NCBI GenBank assembly: GCA_013265495.1
Contig: MU058636.1
Coordinates: forward strand, 496,001 to 560,000
Length of the DNA: 64,000 nucleotides
Origin: Vicugna vicugna
Taxonomy: Eukaryota
Direction of reading: 5' to 3'
Within the stretch, counting starts at the first letter, position 1; each line of letters opens with the position of its first letter. Of this stretch, positions 14,148 through 27,059 are shown in pieces. A program made the position numbers and the translations under genes. Under the pieces are notes generated by a model that worked only from the letters and a program-made list of their open reading frames with translations, did no database searches and was not told the DNA's origin.

Positions 14148-14590
14148 TTGAATGGGAGGGATTTTAAGGAGTAAAACAGAAGAGCGAGACTGTTGGTAAG
14201 AATTTACATCTGACGTGTTTGGAATGCTTTCAGACGGCGCAGTGTCAGGCTCTTTATTCGTAATTTGACCGAAGACCCCTTTTCGGGATGACTGTACAGT
14301 TTTGTTGTCTTCCTTTCGATTCTAAAGAGAGTGGATTGTAGTTTATTTTTCGGATGTGGGTAGATTGCACACTGGCCTGTGTCTACGTGCATGTCTGTTT
14401 GGGTCTTTGTGCTCAAGTAGTAGTATCTGGAGATGGCCTGGTCATTTGTATGTTAAAGTGAGGCAATGCTTTTTCCACCTCCTGGGGCTGGGCAGCGCCG
14501 CCCGCGTCCCTGACAGTGAGGGGCTTGTTGAGCTGCACGGAGGTCACGAGTGTGGGCAGCGCTTGACTCCTTCGGTTTGTTTTTCCGTAG

Positions 14591-14806
<216 letters not shown>

Positions 14807-17800
14807 TAAGAAGAGCTGGTCTCGGGTTTATAGCTTGTCAGTTTCGCCCATTTTGGCTCTGAGAACCCGTTTTCTTTCCAGTTGCCTGGAGAGCTTAAGT
14901 ACTTGGAGTTTTAATTTTATTTTTAATAACCATTAGAGTTGAGGATCTTAAAGAAAAACGCTGTAATGGAACATCGATGCCTCTTGTCTGTGAGTTTGAA
15001 ATTCTCCACAGTTACTTGGTCTTTCATTTTCCAGGCCAGACGTGCCTGCCCGCTGAGTAACTCGGAGCTCTTCAGGGCTCCATCTTATACCCAGTTTTCC
15101 GCAAGCGTCTCCTTCCCTTGACATACACTTTTCAAGCAAAGTTTTAAGGTTTGTCGAGGACTGACTGTCCTGACTGGTTTCAGTCTTCCCTGCGCCTGGA
15201 AGAGGGTGTGCGAGACGTGTTTCTGGTTCTGTATCTGTTCACACTTCTTGATCCTTCCAGAGCGTGGCCTCTTAAAGACACATACCTTTTAGTCTCAGAA
15301 AACGAAAATGGATGACAGGAACGCTCCTCTTTCACCCCCTCCAATCTCTAACAAGCCCCCAGGAAACATTACTCCAGGTGTTGCCCAGACGAGACCTTTT
15401 TCTGTTCGGAGAACCAAAGGATGTAAAGTTTCCAAGCTGCCTTGTTTCTGTGTCAGTGTGTTTTGTGCTTCAGACAAGCACGATTCATCCTCAGCGATAC
15501 GCTTTAACCCATTAAGCACCGACAGTGAGGGAAGACGTGTGTCGCAGCCAGTGTATTGCACCCTGTGCCCTGTTCCCTCAGTTCCACAGGCCTGCTTTTC
15601 CTTCAAGGGGCCCTAAGTCTCTAAATCAGAAAGTGATACTTTCTGCTTCCAACCCCACCCCAAAGGGGCGCTCCGGTGGGGTCATTTTCTTTGAACCCCA
15701 GAGCTTTCCCTTCAGTCATCTTTACGCGTCCTGAATTTAATGCCTTTTGAATTACGTTTCTTTTGTGAATAAGGGCTTACAAATATGAGCGTGTTGACTG
15801 CGGTTGGGTGATAAAGCAGCCGTGACGATGTCAGGCTGGGCAGGTGATGGAAAGGAGTGATGAGCCCAAGAACGGCTTCAAAGTGTCCTCTGAAATCTGA
15901 GCCCAGCCTTTCGTCCCCAGGGGGAGAGAGCAGGCAGCCTGGACTGGCCACGAGTACCATCTCCAGAGCCCCCACCCTCTTACCTCGATGTCGACTGTCC
16001 CTAACTATGCATGAAGTGCTTCTCTCTGGACTCAGAGGTTTTACAAGGTGGTCATTTACTTGCCTGCTTCAGTAGGAGCCAGGGTGGCCCCAGTCTGCCC
16101 CAGAGATGATGGGTTTCTGTCCCGAGTCATGGTTATGTGCTTTGAGATTGTGATTTATAGTTTATGATGGCTGTAATACACAGTATGTATTTACAATATG
16201 TATGCTATAAAATATATAACACTACATAGCATTTGTACTACATGGTGCATGGTACATGCGCTGTGTAATGTATGCTGTGCTGTATGTACTGTGTGGAGCA
16301 CGTACTACGTAGCACCGTATAGGACACAGCGTGTAATGGTGTGAGTGTAATCACTGTCCTCTGCCTAGATTCCATCACACATCCATTCGTTCACGAATGT
16401 TGTTTGTATTTAAAAGGGGACAGACTCCCAACAGTTAGCAATTTACCTAAGAAATACCACCAGGTAAATTTCAAGTTAGTTCCCGCCACCTTCGTCTCCT
16501 TCCCTCAGGTTAGCGATCTGCCCAGCAGCTGGCCAAAAGGGTGATTTCTTCCCCAGTTTTTACTGTTACCACCGTCATCATCAGAGTCATTATTTCGTTC
16601 TATTTATTAAGCCTTCAGCATAGAGGTTTCTTGCAGTTGTGTTGTAAACAGTAACCTTTCGAGTGCAACTGTTCATGCTGAAATAAATTGCAAAAATAAG
16701 TGTATTTGGCAAAGAACAACAGGAGGGCTCTCGTGTGCTTCGTATTGGTTGACGTCTGCTTGCAGATGGGATGAATATTCCAGAGTTACTTTCTAAATTC
16801 TCACTGTAAGTACACAGCAAAAACCATGGCGGCGTTGCTTCTCAGCCTTGTTCGTGCGTGTAATTTTTACGTCCACGGCACTGTGGCAGACTCTCAGGGT
16901 GATGGGCGAATGACTCAACGTGGGTCTCACCCTCACAGAGTGTGTAGTCTGCCAAGGGACGTGGATTACTCCACACAAGGCAGAGAGGAACTCTGTCAAG
17001 TAAAGTGCAGATAAAGTGCTCTTGGATTGCAGAGGACTGAGAGAGAGATGCCTTTCATTTGGGATTACTAGTGCCTAGTTAGAGAAGGTAACATTTAGAC
17101 TTAACCTGAAAGTCCAAGTGGGACTGGGATGTGGGAGGGCTGGAGGAAGGAGGTAAACAGAGGGGGTGTTTTTGGGCAGATGTGGAGAGCTTGAGATTTT
17201 GTCCTTCCAAGGTGGAGGGCAGGGAGAAGGGAGTGGATTGCAGAGGGAGATGAATGATGTTAAGAAATCAGGGCTCCATTTGCAGGCATTGGACAGTCAG
17301 TGGAACTTAGATCGAGGAGAGAATTATGATCAGAGCAGTTTGGAGGGAAGGAATCTGTCCTGTCTTGTAAGGTGAACGGTCCAAGAAAAACTGGAGGCGA
17401 GGATCCCAGTTAGGTCTCAGGCATTCCAGGGAGCTTGAGGAGGGTTAAGCCCGGGAAACGGGAATGTGTTTAGAGAGGAGGGAACATATCTTGAGAAGAA
17501 ATTAACTTACTCAGCAAAATCGCAGCAAACCTCCGATGTGCCAGGCACTGGAGGCGCAGTGGACAGACACGCTGCCTGTCTTGCTCTCGGGGGGCTTCCG
17601 GTCAGAGCTGATGGTCAGGAGTTTTCGTGTGTCAGTGCTTCACTGCCAGCGGGCTGTGTCCCGTGGGCTGCGGGTGTTGCTTATAATGGCAGGACACAAC
17701 GTAGTCTAGGGGCTCAGGGAAGAGTCTTCTCCAAGGATGCGGTACTTACGTTCTTCAAGATGAGTAGGGCCGGGGAGGTGTGGGGAAAGGCGAGGAGAAA

Positions 17801-19619
17801 GCATTCCTGGCCAGGACCAAGTGAGCATGCGGGGCTTGTGCTGCCAAAGGGCCTGGAGAGCTGATGGGCAGTGGTTCCCAGTGGGGCTGGGGGCCTGGGC
17901 TCTGGACTTTGTTCAGTCTCTGGAGAGCATTTCGTGACCCTGAGCATCCCTGGCCGTGGACAGTGAATGTATCCTTGTGCAGCTGTCAATCAAAATGTGT
18001 CTCCACGTGTTTCCAGCATCCCCTCCGGATCAGCAGCAGCATCCCTGGTCGGGGGAGCTGCGGCATCAGGGGGCAGAGAAGTGAGGTGAGGGTCAGATCA
18101 CTAAAACCCAGAGAGGGGCTTTTCCCAGGGACGGGTTTGAGGTGGGAGTTACATGATGGGATTTGTCTCTGAGGAGGGTAAAATTGCCCTGCAGAGAAAC
18201 ACGTGAGGTCTGGCAAGAGCATGGGGTTTTGGTTTTTTGGGGTTTGGGGGTTTTTTAGTGGGTGGAGGGAAGCCCGAGTTGGATATCAAGAAAGCTTGCA
18301 AGGCTGAGAAGAGCTGGGGTGCAGCATGACTGGAGTACCCGTTTAGGTGCTGACCAGCTGACCTAAGTCCTGTGACACTTGGAATCACAGCTTAGAAGGA
18401 TGCATCCACCCGGCTCCCAAAGAAGTGTCGGCACGTGGTGCCCATTTGAGACAGATCGGGGCACCTTCAAGCACGGGGACCCTGGCCTCACAGAAGAGCC
18501 CGCCCCCACGTGCGGACTCAGAGCCCCGGGAGGGGAGCGCGGCCCCGGGGCTGAGGTCCCTCGAGCAGCTTCCTTCTGCTGTTCCCTGCTCTGCGGACTG
18601 TGTCACCAGGATGGTGGCTTTTACCAGGAAATTCTCCCCACGCTCCCGGGAGAGGCTGAGGTCCACACAGGGCCGTTCACGCTGGCACCTTGCATTAGGA
18701 AGAAATGTTCCCGGCACGTCGCTCATTCTTTAGGACGCTTCCAAGAATTTTGCTTTGCTTATTTTTGCCTGGTTTTGGATAGACTTTTCAAAGCACTCCT
18801 TCACTGGTGGAGTTTGTGATGATTCTTTTCAAGTTTTGAAATACATTTTTCCACTCCAGCAACTCTGCAAAATCATATTCCTTCCAACCATCACAGCCTG
18901 ACACTCACAGCCACCGCCTGCCTTCAGCTCCCACCCTTTGATCCAAAATGTGATTCTGGGTTAAAACCAGAGACATCACCTTTGTGGGGACCGAAATTCA
19001 CCAAGAGCCTGGTGCTGGGCCACGCTCAGGCTTTCCGCTGAAGGGCCCAGTCTGCATGTTTGAGCAGCCCTCTTCGAAGGGGAATGTGGTTATTGGCAGA
19101 AGGACGTAAAATCAGTTTTGATTTAAAAAAAAAAAACTCTGAGATTTTTCTTGATGAAATTTTAGAGGGAGGTGAGAGAGGGAATATGCTTCCCAGCAGA
19201 GAAAATTCCTAAAAATAAATTCTTGATGCCTCTGGGCCACACTCTGGAAACCACTCCCATCTCTTTCCAGAAGAAGAAACACCATGTAGACATTTATGGT
19301 GTTGGCACTGATAAAGCAACAGGTCTTTGAACACTTTTTGGAGAAGGCTATTGTGTGCTTTTCAATAAGTCTGCTACTGTAAGATGAGCATGTTTTACAA
19401 ACGGAAGTGATGGTGCACATGTGCAAAGTGAAACGCAGGGCACTTCCCTCTGCCTGTGGCATTTTTGGATCATTTTAGCTTGAATTATTTAAGACCTAGA
19501 CCTGTTACTGTAAATCCAGTTATTTTATGTCACTTATGTCCTGGTGACTTGCATGTTTTCACACTGAGCTGAGTTGGGGGCCATTGTTCTCTGAGATCAC
19601 AGCTTCTTAAAATCAGTTA

Positions 19620-20250
19620 CTCATTCATCAAAAAGAAAAAGGTGAGTGAGTGTATCCTCTGTGCCAGACCATTGCTGGTTTCGGGACGGACAGTTCTCTG
19701 CCCTCGTGGAAGTTACGCTGGACAAGACAGGACTGAACAAAAAGGGTAACGAGAGAGGATGGTCCTGGTCCCATGGAGTGCATACCAAAGACCACTACCT
19801 GTCCCGGCTTGAAGGATTATCTCCTGGAGGAAGTGGCAACAGCGCTGAAGGATGAGTAGAAGTGAGCTAGGAAGAGATGGAGGAAAGGGTTTCAGGTCAT
19901 GGGAATAGCGTGGGGTGAGAGGTGTAAAGGCGCACAGGGGTGGAGGGTGGGGGACGCAAGGCTGCGAGGCCGGGCCTTGGGATATAAAGGATGGAGACAG
20001 AGATCGGACCTTTCCCAGCCTTCTGGGACTAGTGAGCCTTTTGGAGGATGAGTTTGGTGGAAGCCATTGGTAGGTTATAAGCAGAGCGGCACACGGCTGG
20101 CGGAGTTGAATGTGACCACACTGGTCGGGGTGACTGTTGGCGTCCAGTGGGTTGGCTGTTGCGTGGTCCAGGGCAGTGACCACAGCAGAGGGGAGAAGGG
20201 GGCGGGCCAGAGGGCTGCTTAGGAGGCAGAGTTGGAGGATCTGGTGTTAC
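19620..20250. mobile_element. LINE-2 relic
   Basis: tcattcatc...gtgccagaccattgctgg...tctgccctcgtggaagttac and ggaagccattggtaggttataagcagag are characteristic L2 3' motifs. Boundaries approximate. Confidence 0.6.
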
Positions 20251-20978
20251 TTCCCCGGGCTGCCTGATTCTGCTGCGTCCTAAACCTGTCCAGAGAATGT
20301 GTTGTTTCTGTCACAAAGTTTACCAGCAAAATAATTGCATTTTAAAGTAAGCTATGGGAGACAGTAAGCCAACATCTTGTGCCCTGTGTACAGACTTCAA
20401 AAGATCTAAAATAAATGAAAAACGTTCAGAGATGAACATTAAATGCTAAATGGGACAGAAAATGGGGGTAACCACTCCGTGTGGCCCCTGCCATCTGGGA
20501 AACACGCCAAGAAGACAGGGTTGTGTAGACATCCACCAAATCCTGAAACATATAAATGAAGTAAGTGGTGCTTCCTCACTAAAAACCAGAAGGATGGAAC
20601 ATTCTAGAAGCTCTTAGGTCTCTACAAATGAAACCATAGCTGGTGTATAAATCTAAGCCACAGTTACCAACCAGTTGTTGTGGCACACTGAAAACTGAGC
20701 TTCCAAATTCCAGACGGCTTTTCCTGCTCAGGCTTGTCCTCCATGCAGTGGGGTTACGTCTGCCCCACGTGCCTGCAGCACCGTTGTTGGGAAACAGAGT
20801 GAGGCAGAAGGGCCGTTGTTTTCATTCTGTTCAGTGTTCCTCATGTTTCAGTGCCTCTCTTACTAAACCCTGTGTTACATGCATTTTGAACAGTTGGGTT
20901 TGGTGTAATGCTGTACGAAGTGCGAGTCAGTGTTCCCAGATTTCACCCTTATAGCTTCACTGGGAAGTTGAATTGAGG

Positions 20979-21830
20979 TGTATTAGGGTGGGAGTAGCTA
21001 TAACAAACAACCCCCAACACCAGGGGCTTTAGCCCAATAAAGGCTTATTTCTTATTCGTGTCAGCGTCACTTGGAGAAGTTCATTGTTCATGGGTGTACT
21101 GACTATATTTTCTTACTTTCTGTATTTGCGGTGTCCTGATGTTTGGGGTCTTCAGCCTGGAGAGGCAGTGCCTCCCAGGGAGAGCCAGTTACTCCCACGC
21201 AAGCATGCCTTTGCCTTTGATATACAGCCAACCACTCTCGCACCCACAGCCCTGGCCATGTGGATCTCACTCTCACACCAGGCCAGCATCTCCTGTCCTA
21301 AACCACCCCGGGGCCAGGCACCACACAACTCAGGATCACCCTTAGCACCCAGGACTGTTGAAATTCTTCGCACTTTCCTGAGCTCACTCTGCCTTGTCCG
21401 TTTTGTCCCGTGAAAACCCCCAAAAGGCTCTGGGCCGTGCTCTCCCTCGCCCCTCCTGCCTCCCCACTGACCTGGCGCTTCTCCGCGTGGCCCTGCCTGG
21501 CAGCCCACCCATTCCTTCTCTAGGGACCCACGAGGACAGACTGCTTCCTTCATGAGCGTCACGTCCACGTCTGTGTGTCTGACTGAAACAAGTCCTGGGC
21601 TCATTTCAGTACAGTGGGGCTCCACCTGTGCCTGGCCCCCAAGTTCACCCTCAGCCTTCTCGCCTCAGGGAAGGGAGCCAGGAAGAGGACTGCTTGCTCT
21701 TAACCATCTCTGGCAGGAAGTGACCCGTCACTTCTGCTCACGGCTGACTGGCAGGGCCCAGGTCACCCCCAAAAGGGCTGAGAATGTCGTTAGGCTGTGC
21801 CCCGGAATAAACACCGCATCTGTGGCCTGC
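20979..21830. mobile_element. MLT1-type (ERVL-MaLR) LTR, split by a nested LTR at 21085-21613
   Basis: tgtattag...gctataacaaacaaccccc...ggcttatttctt on the left and ggaagtgacccgtcacttctgctcac on the right. Confidence 0.6.
21085..21613. mobile_element. Solo LTR resembling MER74 (ERVL)
   Basis: Begins TGTTCATGGGTGTAC and ends ...TACA. Internal cctggagaggcagtgcctcccaggg and cctaaaccaccccggggccagg match MER74 as recalled. Confidence 0.65.
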
Positions 21831-23717
21831 TTGTTGGCTGTTTGACATTGGCAGTCAGATTTGCTTTCCATCATTTCTGCTTCCTTTTCACAACCTATTT
21901 TTTGCAAACAAAAATGAAAAAAGAAGGTTGCAATCTGAGTTTCACATCCTTAACTTTGTCCGTCAGAAACGTCAGTCGGGAAGAGAAAAATCCAGCGAAA
22001 GGCTTATATAACCAGGCACTGCACCCAGCACTGGTGATGAATGTGGTTATAATCACTAACACTTGTGTCAACTCGGCTTTTCACAAGCTCTTTCCAACAG
22101 TTTATACCACTCTTTACAGAGAAAGGAAAAAATAAATGTTCCCTTCATGAATACATAGCATTGGAAGCAGAAAGACTCGTTTCAGTCGTAGGACAGGCAG
22201 CTTGAGCAGGATGAGTGCTAGAAGGTTCTTTGTAAGTGCGTCATTTGAAACTTGGAACACGTTTTCACTCTTGATATTAATCTAATAGGAGCTGGTGGGC
22301 ACAGCCCCTCCTCTGAACCTGTGGAGTCTTAAGAGGCCTGAGAGTGAGGTGAGAGAGGGGGAGGCTGTTAATACTCTGGAATCAGGGCCGCGCTGAGCTG
22401 GTGCCGCTGGAGGTTCCCAAAACAAAAGGCTGGGAGAGGGGAGTTGGGGAGCCTGGCCTCTGCTCTCCAGCCAGACTCTTGGCAGGCACCCAGGGTCGAT
22501 GCATGGTGCCCCCTCCCCTCCCTCTCCCTCTGCGTCACACGTAGGTGAGGTGCCTGCGATCCTGGATTCAGGTGCTCCGTGGACTCTTACTAACAGTCCA
22601 CGCACGCATTCACCCCATCTGCTTTCCTGGTCATTAAACCCTCTCTCCTCTGGCTGCACAGTTCTGTGCTATAGCTTTGTCTTCAGATTTCGCCTTTTGT
22701 CAGAGCCCCTTCTGGAGGCGTTTTTGTGGTTTCCTGGGCCCTGATGTCATGTTTTTAACGAGCATTCAGTTGAAATGGCCTCTTTGTAAGATGTCATCAG
22801 CCCAGACCTGTGGAATATTCCGAGGTAAGTTCCTTGATCATTCTGTCTGTTTCAGAAATGAGACATACTTTCCTTACAAATCTTGGGTTCTCCCACAAAT
22901 ATTCTCAAAGAGCTTTCTGCATGCAACGTTTTGGGCCGTCACCACCAATGTGGAGGGTCCAGGTGGTTTTCTCCCCGTTGTTCACAAGAGTCTGTTTTAG
23001 GGCCTGCGTTTCTAGACCTCGTTCAGCTAATCCTGCGTTACATCAGTCCCTGGGTCCAGTCAGACTTTGCAGATGATGGAAGTCTGGGTGGACAGGCCCA
23101 GCTGACGCTGTGGGTCCGTGAGCTTTGGAGCCGGGGCCTTGCAATGTCCAGCTCTCAGGACAGTGCTGTAAATATTGTAGACGTGTTGTAATAACCCTCT
23201 TGATGTGTACAGTCAGCATCATCATTATGTTAGGGTTATCTCATCTTCCCTAAAGTTACTGTAAGTCCACTCAGGTTACCTCAAGTGCAAACATTTTATT
23301 TAATGCCAGTAGCATTTTACTATCCTGGCAGGTTAGAAATGAACACATTCTGAAGTTCTAGAAGCTTCAGCTGGAGAATGTCCTAGGTTTCGCAATCTGT
23401 TTCTTCTGTCCATGCGACATTGTCAGCGTGGTGGTCCGTGGTCTCAAGGGTCTTCACAAGCGAGCTCTTGGTCCCAGAGGTCATCGCAGAGTTTGCCCCC
23501 TTCCAAGGGCGTCAGGCACTGTCAGTCGCAGCCCTTGGTACCAGAGCCTCAGCCCGTTTCTCTGCTGATCGTGTGAATGGGGAGGTCCCACCGCACGTGC
23601 TCCTCCGCAGCCTGACCGCGGAGAAGGCGTTCCCCTCACACACTGGCCCCTCTTGCTTCGGGCGGCCTCCCTGTACTCACTACTTAGCCCAGCTCCTCTG
23701 CTTTCTTTCCTCTGATG

Positions 23718-23925
23718 CTGTGGTTCTCATGCTGGGGGTTTGCCCCCAGGGGACATTGGCAGCGTCTGCAGGCGTTTTGGGTTGTCACAGCTGGGGGTCG
23801 GTATACTGACATCCAATGGGTGGAGGCCAGAGACGCTATGACACATCCTGCCAGGAGGAGGACAGCCCACATCCAGGAGTCCCCTGGAGGCAGGTCAGCA
23901 GGGCTGAGGCCGAGCAGCTCGGGAC
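23718..23925. mobile_element. MER20-like hAT DNA transposon relic
   Basis: gtggttctca...gcccccaggggacattggcagcgtctgcaggcgttttgggttgtcacagctggggg...tgggtggaggccagagacgct. Confidence 0.8.
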
Positions 23926-24229
23926 TTGTGAGACGCCCCCCAGCTTGGGAGGGAAGTTCTGGGCGCATCTCCCAGACTTGTGCCTTACGTGGTGCGGATC
24001 CCTGTCCTGTGAGTCTCGTTCCCTGGCCACCTGTCTTCTCTCCTAGAAAGAGCCTTCCGTTAGGTGTTGGTATTTCAGAAGAGTGTTTCTTAATCTAATT
24101 CTTTTCTCCCTTGAAGTTCTCTTCTTTTATTCTTTGGGGTCCATTTTTCTAACTCAGTTAATGAAAACAATCTCTTCTTTACAAAGTTCACAGCTTCTTA
24201 CTAAGTGTGTGACACTTAGTGTGTGGCTT

Positions 24230-24425
24230 GCCTGTCGCCTAACTTCTCTTCACTGCACCAGTTTCCTCATCTGAAATATGCAGGTAATAATACTCTTTCA
24301 TATCATTAAAGGGACATTAGGGTACTAATGTCACACACGAGTGACGCTGATATCCGTGTATTAGTGTTACATGCATTGGTAAGCTTCCTTGCACATGTAA
24401 AGTGCTTAGAACAGAGCCTGTCTCA
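24230..24425. mobile_element. MIR SINE relic
   Basis: Core cagtttcctcatctgaaatatgcaggtaataatac and 3' tgtaaagtgcttagaacagagcctg. Confidence 0.65.
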
Positions 24426-24574
24426 CCATGAGTAACAGATGTTACCTGTTTTCAGTGTAGAACTCTGGACGTCTAACAATTTTCTGTTTATTATGTCTTT
24501 ATCCATGAAATAGGAAACACATTCTGAGCCCTCCATATTTAGACTCGTTTTGTATATTTCATTTCGTTTTGGAC

Positions 24575-24658
24575 GTGAACCAACCGGCATTTGAAATATT
24601 ACGTGAATCAGCCAACATTTAAAACAGTACATGAATCAACCAACATTTGAAATTTTAG
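24575..24658. repeat. Degenerate 28-bp x3 minisatellite
   Basis: gtgaaccaaccggcatttgaaatattac / gtgaatcagccaacatttaaaacagtac / atgaatcaaccaacatttgaaattttag. Confidence 0.8.
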
Positions 24659-25288
24659 TAGCCAAGGGAAATTCAAAAGTTGTCAAGCCACAGTTGTAAA
24701 CCTTGATTTTCAGGGTAGTCTTTCCCCCCTTCTAACTCTTCCATCCGATCAGCGTTTTCTCTGGACTCCGTTAGGGCTGAATGAACTTCAGATCATTGCT
24801 CTGCTCAGTCAAAACCCTGTTCTCCATTCATGGACCCACAGGGTGGGACTGACTCTAGGAAGTGCATTCTGAGCTAAAATGAACAGGAGGAAGCCCTGAA
24901 GCCCTCAGGTTCTACCATTTAATGCCTGCGGCTGAGTCAGCAGGCAAGGACATGGACCTTAGCGTCTTAGAATTTTCTGTGTGAAAGGAGCCTTAGTGAT
25001 AATTCAGTCCTCATCGTCTGTATCTGATATAACACCCCTGTCTTAGAGGTGTGGAAACTGAGTCCCGGAGCCTCAGATTTCAAAGTACTGTAACAGTGGC
25101 ACTGGCGCGAGTCTTCTCGTTCCCACGACTGGGCGTACCTTCTCCTAACCCAGCTCTTTCTCTCCACCTCGTTTTCCCAAACGTCCTTTCGTCTCTCCGT
25201 AATAGCATCACGCTTCCCTGCTCTCTCTCCTCCCTGTTGGCAAGTCAGGACGCTGATCGCATGGCACCAAGCTCTCACTTGCCCACTC

Positions 25289-25512
25289 TTTTCATCAGGG
25301 TTCCCGTGTTAGTGCAGCCAAGGAAATGGACCGCCACTGACCTGGTGACTCAGACCGGCAATCTGGACCTCCCCTCTGATTCCTCACGATCTTTTTCACA
25401 TTTTCATCAGGGTTCCCGTGTTAGTACAGCCAAGGAAATGGGACCGCCACTGACCTGGTGACTCAGACCGGCAATCTGGACCTCTCCTCTGATTCCTCAC
25501 GATCTTTTTCAC
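25289..25512. repeat. Tandem duplication, 2 copies, period 112 bp
   Basis: 25289-25399 and 25401-25512 are identical except for two substitutions and one extra G. Confidence 0.95.
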
Positions 25513-25724
25513 GCCCATCAAATCCAAAACAAAGCCTGTCATTGCTCTTTCAGAGCATGTGCCACATTCTGTCACTTCTTTCTGCCTCTGGCCTGCGGGG
25601 TCAAGAGAGCCTTGGTGGTGACGGAGATGTCCTGTTCCTGGGCTCTCCAGGATAGCAGCGACTCGCCACACGTGCTCCTGAGCAAGCGAAATGTGGCCAG
25701 GTGTGACTGAGGAGCTGAGTGTCT

Positions 25725-27010
25725 GTAATAACAACTTTATTGATAAATTATTTACATACCCCACAGTCCACCCATTTAAAGTGTACAGTTCTATGGGTTT
25801 TAATATAGTCACGTGGTTGGCGCAGCCATCACCTTCATCAGTGTTCAGGCATTTTCTTTGCCCCCAAAAGCAACTCCATACCTACCAGCAGCTGCTCCCC
25901 ATTTTCTCCCAGAACCCCCAGCTCCGGGCGGCCACCTGCCCACTTTCTGTCCCTGGACTTGCCTCTCCTGACAGTTCACACAGGTAGGATCAGACCGTGC
26001 ATGGCCTGTTGTGACGGTTTCCATCACCGAGCTTGCGGTTTTCGGCGTTCACCCGTGTAGTCGCACGCACCACTTCTTCATTTCTCTTAATCGTGGTCCA
26101 CATTGTGTCCGTCCGCTGGTTGATGGATACGTGGCTGCTGTGAAAGATGCTGCTGTCAGCATTCACGTGCAGGCTCTTGTGTGTTTTGTTCGTATGTTTT
26201 CACCCCTCTAGGGTTTGCACCTGCAGGTGGCCAGGTCGCGCGGTCCCTGCGCGTGACCTTCCGAGGAGCCGCCCGGCCGTTTCCAAGGCGGCCGCCCCGC
26301 TGTGCGCTCCTGCCGGCAGGGCATGGGGGCTGTGGCCCCACCCACCGCCTCCCTTCCGCCTCCTGGCGGGACCCGTCTGCTTTATCGTAGCCGCCCTGGT
26401 GGGTGCCAGGCGGCGTCTCGTGGTGCTTTTGGCTTTGCGCTTCCTTGATACTAGTGACGTTGGGTCTCTTTAGGCCCTACTGCGTGTCTTCTTTGCAGAA
26501 ATATCCGTTCGGTTCTGTCTGCCCTTCCCCCATTTTCGAATTGAGTTGTCTTTACTGTTGAGTTGCAGGAGTCCTTTGTTCTGGACGCAGCTCCTTCTCA
26601 GATAAATATTTGTGAGTTTCTCTCCATCCTGCAGGCTGTCTTTTCACCTTCGGGATGGTGCCCCTTGAAGCACAAAAGTTCCTAATTTTGCTGAAGTCCA
26701 ATTTACCTTATTGTTTTCTTTTGTCACTCTGCTTTCAGTGTCAGAGCCAAAAAACCACTGCCAAATCTAAGGCCATAAAGATTTTAGTCCTGTTTTACCC
26801 TGGAAGTTTTGTACTTTTACTTCTGTGTCCATTTTACACGCACAGTTCAGAGGCGTTACGTTCAGAATGCTGTGCAGCCATCACACTTATCTGTTCCAAA
26901 ATGTTTTCATCACCCTCAACTGAAACTCTGTGTTCAGCAAGCAGCAACTCCTCCTCCTCCCTTCTGCCCCAGCCCCAAGCAGAAACTGACTTTTTGTTTT
27001 ATCTTCATTA
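25725..27010 (-). mobile_element. Old LINE-1 (L1MA/MB-type) 3' region, antisense, possibly two pieces
   Basis: aactttattgataaattatttacatac...cacccatttaaagtgtacagttc; gaagcacaaaagttcctaattttgctgaagtccaatttac. The centre is strongly GC-shifted (see findings). Confidence 0.8.
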
Positions 27011-27059
27011 GTTTAAGCGTAAACGTCAGCTAGAGGCCACCACGTTGGACACAACGCCA

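Noticed and set aside
24575..25512. Direct repeats as a CRISPR-like array
   Set aside because: The copies are adjacent with no unique spacers, there are no cas genes, and the context is a mammalian intron.
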